A stretch of DNA of 63,555 bases, counting the filler, from Bigelowiella natans CCMP2755 (Eukaryota; Protista; Cercozoa): the NCBI GenBank assembly GCA_000320545.1. It is 5 parts of 5 records of this genome, joined end to end, with 100 filler letters (N's around TTAATTAATTAA, not from the genome) between each part and the next. Parts side by side here need not be neighbours in the genome. Positions count along the whole stretch, not along the records: positions 44,778 to 62,235 come from ADNK01001507.1; positions 62,336 to 63,555 come from ADNK01000202.1; 3 more parts are not named here. The stretch is one strand, 5' to 3'. Positions 53,434 to 63,555 of the stretch are shown one piece after another (within the stretch, counting starts at the first letter, position 1; each line of letters begins with the position of its first letter). A program made the translations under genes and the position numbers. The notes beneath the pieces are model-generated. The model was not told where the DNA came from, ran no database searches, and saw nothing but the letters and a program-made list of their open reading frames with translations.

Positions 53434-54487
53434 TTTAGAGTATCTGTTAGTATGGAGTGCAGTGATTCTTCCGTTGCAGAATCGTATTGTCGTGTAGTAC
53501 CGTGAGACGGTTGATAACACATGATCTGGTCCTGCTCTTCTGAGTGAATTGTATTGCGTCGTTCACAAGATTCGTCACTAGATCTCCATTCCACCACAAC
53601 GTCGAGACAACCAGCTTATTCGCATCCGAGGATGAGGCACCTCTCCCGCCTCCCTGCTCGTGACCAACCATCATCGTCATCATCACAGCATGAATAAAAC
53701 CATCGGGTGGGGGGCGGGCCAAAATATACGAGATGTAGCAAATAATACCGAACCCCCCGTAGCTTTATTGCAACCATTCACCTCCGTGAGAGGAACTGCA
53801 CGTTGTGAGCTTATGAATATGGCGAGGAAAGTGTCAGAAGGCTCTTTCCTTGCTTCGAGGCGATCCTAAGAACACCGCTGCGAAGCAAAGCAAAACCGGA
53901 GCGTCGAGTTCCAATACTTATCCTATTATTCTCCCTTCTTCTGCCCTTCTATCCTAAGGCTCCCCACATCCCCCCCTCCCGTCAGGTGCGGCGACCAATG
54001 TGAAGAGAGGGTGGAATCGGGTTTCGATAAGGCAGAGAGATGGCGCCCAACTGCATGTGTTTATGGCAGCAAAGAGACCCACCTGTCGGTTAACCACAGG
54101 TAGATACCGTCGGAGCAGCTGCAAAAGACCTGAATCTACTATGATTCTTTTAACGATCTGGGGGAAAGGTGAGAGGGGAGGAGGGGGGGGGGGGGTTTAG
54201 GGTTAGGGAAGGGGGGGGAGGGATTGTAAATCCGAAAGGACATAATGGATGGTATTCAGCCAGCGAAGATATAATCTTTTCTCCAATACACCAACCTCGA
54301 TTCAACAAGGAGCGCAGTGGCAATAATGAAGGGTTACATATGGAAGGATGACATGTGACCGTGGATATGATGCTGTTTTGATCTAGTGGGCTGCTGCTAC
54401 TCTTACCCCTGGAATTGAGTCCCAAATGATGTCAGAGTCGCGATCTGGTCGAATCCAGATAATGGGGATGGTATACCATGGCGCCTA

Positions 54488-54519
<32 letters not shown>

Positions 54520-55700
54520 ATGATGTGCATTGATAAGCTGAAAGGGCGGTCACTGCTAGAAAACGTGTATCATCATAGCCCGCAAATTGCAGAGAGAATC
54601 CTGCCATGTAATTGCGACATCGATAAGATGTGCCTCTACGACACGCGCTTGGGAAAGACTCTCACGAATGGGTCCGACAAGAACGATTATTTTTTTTTAT
54701 CAATACTTACACCGACAGCGATAGCCACCTGTTTGGAGGCGAGCCAAAGCCACGTACTATTGCTTGCTATAGGAATGTGCGTGACGTGGACCGGGGCTGC
54801 GCCATGAGCTGTGAGGTCATACGATATCTGCCTGCTCGCTTCTGCGCCCTGTTCAGAGGATGAGTTGCTGTGCAACACCTCAGACCTCCCAATTCCCTTT
54901 CATTTTTAAATATGATTATTATGGAGGAAGAGAAATATGAGCAGCGTTATGATTTAGTTCAGTGCCAAAGCAGACTGTGCTTGACCTCATCGTGCGTAGT
55001 GACCTCCATTCCTACCGCCGAGTCCATGAGCTTTTCGCTGACGAACGTTCTACAAGGGAAAATATGCGGCGAGGAAAAAATTAAAAGGCACATTTCTAAC
55101 GCTTTGATTTTAGTCGATTGTGTCATCATCGCCTCAGTACTCTGGGTCCTTACCGAATCATCATTTGTGCCTGAAAGGTATGGAACAACAGATGAATTAA
55201 GACAGGTAGCTCGAAGTGGTTGGTAAGTGGGAGTCAAACACACCTCGGACGAATGGAATCGGATCTGGCAAAAGAGAAAGTCATATAGCGAATTCTTCAG
55301 ATGGTTAAGCTGCCTTTGGAGCCACAACTAAGGAAGGATACGGAGGCATTGACGAATAAATGGGGTAACTTTATGTTCTTCAAGTCAGATGGGTTTTGCT
55401 ATTGAGCTTACGTAGAATACTGACATCCAGACCTGGGATATAGAATGAAGTATGACTTTAGAATCATCATGACGGAGCACTTCATCTGCACTATTGTTAG
55501 GCTTACCATCCGAAGGACTTGGTTGTTTGAGAATTCATTCCAAATGATCCGCATAATTCTGTCCGCGTCCAGCAGAAACGCTTTGAGCTGGATCGAAAAA
55601 AATGCACAGTGAGCACACAGCACATAACATGTTGTTTTCTCGTGTGGCAGACCCGCTTGAGCTTCGTTGCCTCCATACCGGTTTGTAGGCACTGCCCTCC
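50256..55700 (-). CDS. BCS1-like AAA+ ATPase, multi-exon
   Basis: PPRKMETVILG....LLQDIKRFFRRREW|YRANDLPY, YLLHGPPGNGKSSFLQALA (Walker A), CVVVLEDAESIF (Walker B), GRLIFFTTNH. Long low-complexity C-terminal tail. The 5' boundary is uncertain. Confidence 0.85.
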
Positions 55701-55749
55701 CCTGATGAACCTGCTCTATCTTTGCCACAATTCTCCTCAGGAGAGCTAG

Positions 55750-57128
55750 AGAAAATCCGTTGTCGTCATGCGAAAACAGGGGCCAAATTCCGAAGAATCG
55801 TGCCTTGCGACAAGCCTCAAAACCCATGGAATTTGGGCAGGCAAACGTCACGCAACCCGCCAGGTCACGGATGAGTTGGCGGGATCCATGCCTTGCAACC
55901 TGTCCTGTGGAATCTTGTTCTTCATTCATTCACTCATTCACTCACTCAGCAGAAGTGCTTCATTCATTCATTCATTCTTTCATTCCACATCCAGGCCAAA
56001 CCGGTCACAACTTCACGAAAATTGAAAAAAAAAAAAATGACGCATGTTTTTCGCGCAAACTCGATTCAGATGTCAAGCAGGGGTCCTTTGGAAACTTTTG
56101 GTACAGTTGATTTTTTTTCATTCGCATCATTTTTCGCCCCCCGAGGTGCGACTTCTGCTCGATCCCCTTGCCCCGCGCTGCCCCGCACCACGCGCCGCTT
56201 GTGCGCGCCACGCCTCGCTAGCTCGGCGTTTTGAATCAAAATTCTGCGCACGCGTTTGCACACGCAAACAACACACTGCAATGGAACACTTTGCCGAAAA
56301 CCAGCTGTGCAGTGTCCCCAATGCGTCAAAACCCCTCTCTGGCTCTGCACTCATGACGTGCATGTGTGTCCTGTGCTGGTGTGGCTGTGGCAGTGATGCC
56401 CCAATTCAAAATTTCAACGAATCACATCTCGATCAAATTTTCACACTTGAGCATCGCGCTTCCGGCTGTCCAAAGGGCTCCATCCATTGCAAACGGACAT
56501 GTCCTCACTTGCTCGCATTGCACACGCGCGTCGGCTGCATCTGCGACCAAAATTGTGAGAATTTTCTCCGCAATGCCCGTTGTGAGGGTTCAAATGTGCA
56601 AAAAATCGAGGTTTTTGAGCTGAGATTTTGAATTTTTTCATTTTTTGGACATTCCGCCGACTCAGAAAGTGTTTTTGAACGGTTGCGGACGGATTTCACG
56701 CAAAAAATGCCCTTGAAGCGCTCTGCAAACATGCGAAACCCATTTGTGACCGGGTTTGGGTTCATGTGTCATCATCTGATAACAGACACGCAATGTGCAT
56801 GGACGCATTCCACATTGCTGTGTCCATTGCTCTGGCATGCGCCAGCGCCAGAGCGGAGGCGGGGTGATCGAGTCTTCTAGCTCGGCATGAATTGGATTTT
56901 CACGCTCGGCCAAGCTGCAGGAGTGATCTGTGATCACGTTCAACAATCAATGTGATGCGGTGCGCACGCACGCGCACAAATTGCCTTTTGCGATACAGCC
57001 ATGAAGGCTGCACCACGAGCACACGCGCATGTGTGTCCATGTGTGCAAGGTGCGCATGGCACATGCCATTCATGCGTCATGTGCTGAGTGCAATGCAGTG
57101 TCTCTTGTCATGACATCGTGTCATCTGG
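55750..57128. other. Extreme TpA-depleted tract
   Basis: 5 TA in about 1380 bp by hand count (56102, 56219, 56780, 56878, 56994). CpG is abundant. Confidence 0.9.
55986..56769. mobile_element. Possible degenerate non-autonomous DNA transposon (MITE-like, about 780 bp)
   Basis: CCAAACCGGTCACAA (55996-56010) is inverted as TTGTGACCGGGTTTGG (56744-56759, one indel), each flanked outward by CACAT/ATGTG. No transposase and no clear TSD. Confidence 0.4.
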
Positions 57129-57240
57129 TAGCTCAATCTTGTGTTTTGCTGGTACTAACACTAGGGAACTACAGCTCACGCCGACTGCAAACTTTTCTGC
57201 GGCAGCAAGTTTGTGAGATGTTGTCACGGTCTCCCTGTTG

Positions 57241-58359
<1,119 letters not shown>

Positions 58360-59093
58360 CTTGTTTTGTTAAAAAGTTTGTTACAGTTAATCAGTTACTT
58401 TGTTAGATATTCTAGATTCTCATCATAGATCTACCCTCGTATGTTGTTCGAAAAATATTCTAGGATATTTCATTGGTAATATTACCCAAGAACAACAACA
58501 GTAACAACAAGTTAGTTAGTTAATCAAGTCTATCTCTCTTGTAGCATACATCGAATAGTAAACCTGGAGCAGTCGAGTACCGTCCTAGGAGATATGGCGA
58601 GCTCTTTCTGATTTCCTGGATTTTCATAGTGGATGTTGTCTTGTAACGGATATTCCGAAAGTTTTGGGCACAACGACTTCCTAGATCTAGGAGCACAATT
58701 TAAAAGTTGGAAGGTGAAAACTTCCAGACTGGCAAAAACTTGTTCAAACACAGAAGTCAATGGTGGGACATTGTGTCTAGGTCGGAACAACAACAACAAC
58801 AACAACAACAACAAGGTCACAGTTTCAGAGATGCTGGAGTGCGAAGATTGTCCATCACAACGACGACCAAAAAGCATGTTTACATGTCGCACTCGACAAA
58901 TACATGCCGTTTTGATGAATACGACGAGGGAGATTAAGCGTTCATTGCACACCAAACTTCCAAATTCCCGGTGTGCGTCTAAATTGTTGAGACAGTAATC
59001 CAATTTCGCAAGCTTGGGGGGTTAGTCAAGTGCGAAACTGTAAAGCTTCGCTGCATCTCACTTTAACAGATAACAACAGGGGCCAGCTCTACA

Positions 59094-60030
59094 ATGCCGT
59101 CGCCGCTCCCATACCGAGTTGTAAAAGAGGCGCAGCCAATCCCCGAGCAAAGTGTCATCAGCCCACCGGTCTACACCTCCAATTATTATGTTGCGTCTCG
59201 TGCCACTTCTCTTAACGTTTTGTGTGTTCCTTGAAGGTTGGCATGATAGTTCATGTGTACTCAAGCTCAAACCCCGCATATTACATGGCCGTTGATCTTC
59301 AAGACCACACCAAATTTAAAGGGTGGGTTCCAACTGAATGTCTTGCTCCATTGGAGCAAAAGAGGACGGAGTCAGACGACGCCGTGACGTCGATGAGTGC
59401 GACGAACGTGGGGGGGGAGGTACAAACCAGGAGGGCACTGGTTAGGGACCGCATTACCAATTTCCAGAAAGACAAACACGATGAGGTTGATTATAAATCT
59501 TCTCGGCCGTCAAGAAGAAGGGGCAAGCTATCAGCTGAAAGGCTCGCGCTATTCGGGCCACCCATGCGTCCCAAACTGCGCAACAGGCCACCGACCCCAG
59601 ATGGTGGACGTAAGGCTCGTCAACAGCGCGGTACCCGGGCATCTCGTGCGAAGAAGCCCTCCCAGAATCCTGAAAAGGAGGAGACGAAGCTGCTCACAAG
59701 TTCGGGACAAAAATGGACAAAACCGGCTGTCACTATGAATTCAGATGTTCCTGATGATGATGAGGTTCCAAGTGCGTTTCTTTGTCCGATATCGCAGGTG
59801 GTGATGAAAGACCCCCACATCAACGTCGTCGGGCAGACCTATGAGAAAGATGCGATAGAGAGGTGGTACAAAAATAGCAGCCTCGACCCAATGACCAACC
59901 AGAGGGTGGAATCGAAGAACCTTATTCCAAACTGTCTATTAAAAAGTCAGGTATCGCATGTGCCACCATCTTTCTACGTCGTGAGTGCAAAAAACTAAGA
60001 TGTTCGTCCTCTCCCCCCCCCCCTCCCCCC

Positions 60031-60084
<54 letters not shown>

Positions 60085-61806
60085 ATTTATACACCTACGA
60101 CCTAGATCCTCGAATGGAAGACCCAATCGGAGAAAAAAAATACCGAAGATCTAGTTGCAGCATCTCCCAGTCCATTGCAGCCAATGGCCTCAACCGGGGA
60201 AAGAAACGCAAGTGGGCAACCGACAGGAAGCAAGCAAAAGAGGCCATGGAGGAAAGTCAAATCAGCCACAAAGACTCAGCTAACTAAAGAACAGGAAATG
60301 AAGGCCCAGGGGTAAATTGATGAAATCGATCGTCGCCTGCCAGAGACTAAACAAATTTTTTACTTGCTCGTTGATGTAAGTGGCTCAATGAGCGGAGGAC
60401 GAATCAGGAAAGTAGGGGAGGTGCTGGATCTTATAGCTAGTGGTTACGAAGACATCGACGAAGTGGCAATCGAGTGTTTTAATCACAAGCTGTGTGAATT
60501 GCAGCCACCCACATCAGACCGCAAGGAGCTGTCTGAAGCCATCAAGCGGCTCCCAGATCTGGTGTCCGGCGGGACCAGGACCTATGAAGCTATTCATTGG
60601 TTACTTCAAAAAATATTTCAAAATGAGAGCCGTCGACCAAGCTATGTCAATCTCATGATCATGACAGATGCTGAAGACTATTTCGATGAGAGTCTCCTTA
60701 AGAAAGAATGGAGTGATTTTCTTTCGGCCATGGAAGGAAACAATGACAAGTTGATAAGTAGTGATTCAATGAGATTTCCTGAGTCCATGCTCTATGGCTC
60801 ACAAGTCAACGAAGCTACAACTGTACTCGTCGGAAGCAGCGATGTCGCTGAGTCAGCTCAGCTCGGGGTTATCGGAAATGTCCTTAAATGTGAGGATGAT
60901 GATTTTGCCGATAAGCTTAGAAGAGCAATCCGCACGGTCAGAGAGGAAGTTAAGTATGACCTAAACTGGGAAAACGGCCCGGCAAAGCCTATGAAGTACT
61001 TTGAGGGTATAATGAAGGTGCGAACGAATGAGGTTGTGACGGAGATTAAGAAGGAAGCAAGAGAAATTGAGGTGGAAATCAAAAAGTCTACAGCTGAAGT
61101 CAAGGCTGCTAAGAGTCGTGTTGAGAGAATTGCTGGTGATTTTAAGAATTTTGTGGATGGCATGGGAGACATTGATTCCATGAGCGTTGAGGAGAAAAGG
61201 CAGAAGCTGCAAGACACCCATGTGAGAGTTCAAGCAGGGAAGGAGGAGAAGCTGAGAGCTAAGCAAACCATGGAAAAGATGGAAAAACAAATTAAAACCC
61301 TGGATGCAAAATTTGAGAAAATATGCAATAAAGCACGCGATGACTTAAACAGGTCAGTCAGCACTGAGACCACTGCTTTCCACGCCATAACCGTCGGCCT
61401 AAGGAGAACGTGGAAAACCATTGGAAGTTTATTTAAGCGCGTAATGTTGTTTTCCAAAAAAAAGAAGAAGGAAATAGCCCCCGCTATGAGTGAGGAAGGT
61501 AAGAGAATGCAGAAGATGCTCTATGACTCCCTTCCCGATATGCCCGACAAGTTTCGATTGAAGTTCATAAAGAAAATAGATAAACTTATTAAACATTTTG
61601 AAGAAAATTCGAAAGAAGGAAAGTCCAAGATAAAAACTGTACAGGACAAGCTGGTACAAGAGTTAAAACAAGTAAAGGAAGGGAAGAGTAACCTAGCAAA
61701 ACTCATTGCGGTCCTTGAAGAAACTCTAACAAATCTGGAACTGAAGGAAGAAGAACTCGAAGACGCCATTTCAGATGACGAGAATAGCGAGGATGATGAG
61801 TATTGA
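59094..61806 (+). CDS. SH3-like + U-box + vWA + coiled-coil protein (putative E3 ligase); one in-frame TAA between U-box and vWA
   Basis: SH3-like: YRVVKEAQP...|VGMIVHV...KGWVPTECL. U-box: VPSAFLCPISQVVMKDP...GQTYEKDAIERW....DPMT....LIPNCLLKSQ|ILEW. vWA MIDAS: LLVDVSGSMSG...GGTRTYEAI...MIMTDAED. K/E-rich coiled coil follows. Confidence 0.8.
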
Positions 61807-62235
61807 CGCTGTTCTTTAACATTCTTTGTTGAAACATGGGTCGATGCTCAGATCTAGCCAACGTAACACGCTACGTTTTCTCATGACTTGTAACAGATGA
61901 TACGCTGCATGTCATCGGATTATTGATGCGCGCACGTTATGATGCACACTCCATCTCAGCATGATGACAGCGCATGCTACATGTTTTGCACACATCCTTA
62001 CTGCTTAGTTAGTTAGGCTAGGCGTATGTGCATGCAGTAACCGCTGCCGTGCTGCGTGCAGCGTGCGCACGAACAGCCGCTGCCACACTTGCACGGACAG
62101 ATCTAGAGGTCTACAGGCTAATGGCGTGACAACGCAAACAAATGATGGTTGGATTCATGTTTTCATGAATAGTTCAACACTAAGACATGGAACGATCCGA
62201 CATAAATGCGTAGCAGACATTATAATGATGCGCAC

Positions 62236-62335
62236 NNNNNNNNNNNNNNNNNNNNNNNNNNNNNNNNNNNNNNNNNNNNTTAATTAATTAANNNNNNNNN
62301 NNNNNNNNNNNNNNNNNNNNNNNNNNNNNNNNNNN
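62236..62335. other. Artificial contig spacer
   Basis: N-TTAATTAATTAA-N, 100 nt. Confidence 0.98.
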
Positions 62336-62833
62336 GCATCATCATCATCGTCATCGGTAGTTTACACCACAGAAAGGCTTAAAAGATGATAATTATCGAG
62401 GGTTCTTTTGCGCTTGCCAACATGAAACGATTTAGTGGGGGCACGACGAGGAGGAGGAGGAGGATGAGGAGTACTTATGGGGGGGGGGGGGGCACGCAAC
62501 ACTGCTCGTGGCATGAAACGGGCATACATAAACAAACACATAAACACACACAACGTGCATACTCGCAGATATGCTTTATTCAATGCTTCTGATAGGGCCT
62601 CCTCTCTGTCTCTAACGCTCTTCCGAATAACACATTAGTCTCAGAATGCCGCGCGCGTGGGGGCATCCGGTGTCTGCCTGGCCTTGGCGCTGCTGTACTA
62701 CTTTTCACTACTTCACAAGCCAGACCGATCAATATATTAATAATGTTGCTACATTGTCGCTCGTAGCCGAGCGCACCTTGACGTTGCAACAGAAAAGATA
62801 GCGTACTCTGCGACACGCAGCCTGACGGCCATC

Positions 62834-62866
<33 letters not shown>

Positions 62867-63283
62867 GTAGATGATCCGCCGGGTATTGATTCATGATACC
62901 ACAATCGCTTTTGCTGCTGATTTTGCTGACGTACAACCACCACCAAGACCACCATTACCAAAACCGTTGTGTGGTCGCAACCGAACAATTTCAGTTACTT
63001 TTCACCCCGATCTCTCCTCAACAGATATCCGTCCATTATTACACTCCCTCTGCTTGTCGCGTTCACACTGACGCTCACAATTGACAAGCTCGCTAAAGAG
63101 GCGGTGAGAATTAAGGGACGAGGAGGAGAGGGGAGGGAGGGGGGGCATAATGCATGAACCTTGCAACAAAAGAGCATAGTTGAGGAAAACGGAGGAGGAG
63201 GAGGAGGAGGAGGAGGAGGAGGAGGAGGAGGAGAATCCATGAGACCAATGCTCAGAAATGAATGTGTCTAGAAATTTGTAAGA

Positions 63284-63322
<39 letters not shown>

Positions 63323-63555
63323 ACAAAAGAACTGTGGCCATATTTTTGTGAAGATATTCGTCTTTCTCTTCCCCCCCCCCCTCTCTCATGTTCGGCTACA
63401 CCGTATTATACTTGTTGTTAGCTCCCCATATCTGCTGCTCTTCTGTGCTATCGGCGTCCTCGGTAATTAGAGCAACGCCAGAATGAATGAATGCTACCAG
63501 TAGAAACATTTTAAACGGAAAACAACCAGAATGCTTTATATATTCAAGAAAATAC

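Noticed and set aside
55760-56946. Stack of overlapping ORFs on both strands (up to 195 aa, Cys/His-rich)
   Set aside because: A by-product of TpA loss (few TAA/TAG, no Tyr) with no domain motifs. The same applies to 17478-18217 and 32246-32790.
58370-58530. GTTA/CAGTTA repeats in the divergent promoter, resembling MYB sites
   Set aside because: Short, low-complexity motifs that cannot be told from chance without genome-wide statistics.
62336-63555. Possible minus-strand exons in the last contig
   Set aside because: No consistent frame or recognisable motif could be established.

Overview
Eukaryotic nuclear DNA from an intron-rich protist; gene style and an EFL-like domain would fit a chlorarachniophyte, but this is weak inference. 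The window is five contigs joined by artificial 100-nt N/TTAATTAATTAA spacers, and introns are packed with microsatellites, so most ORFs in the six-frame track are noise. Manual splicing recovers about 17 genes or fragments: UBA1; a probably mitochondrial split-CS + Ty3/gypsy integrase-H2C2 + PEBP chimera; a coiled-coil protein; an SDR; a tandem rhodanese; an intronless GH16 glucanase; a dPGM-like fragment; an acyltransferase-3; a MENTAL-like/alpha-beta hydrolase; a SAP+SAM protein; a membrane selenoprotein (MSP-like) with two in-frame TGA codons; a BCS1-like AAA ATPase; a SAM + EF-domain-II protein; and an SH3/U-box/vWA protein. The most striking unexplained signal is in several intergenic or repeat-like tracts that have lost almost all TpA dinucleotides, are rich in TG/CA, keep CpG, and retain TpA mainly in TAG/CTAG context. 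This pattern suggests a context-specific A:T->G:C 'inverse-RIP' hypermutation process. All counts were done by eye and are approximate; all domain calls come from motif recognition, not database searches.
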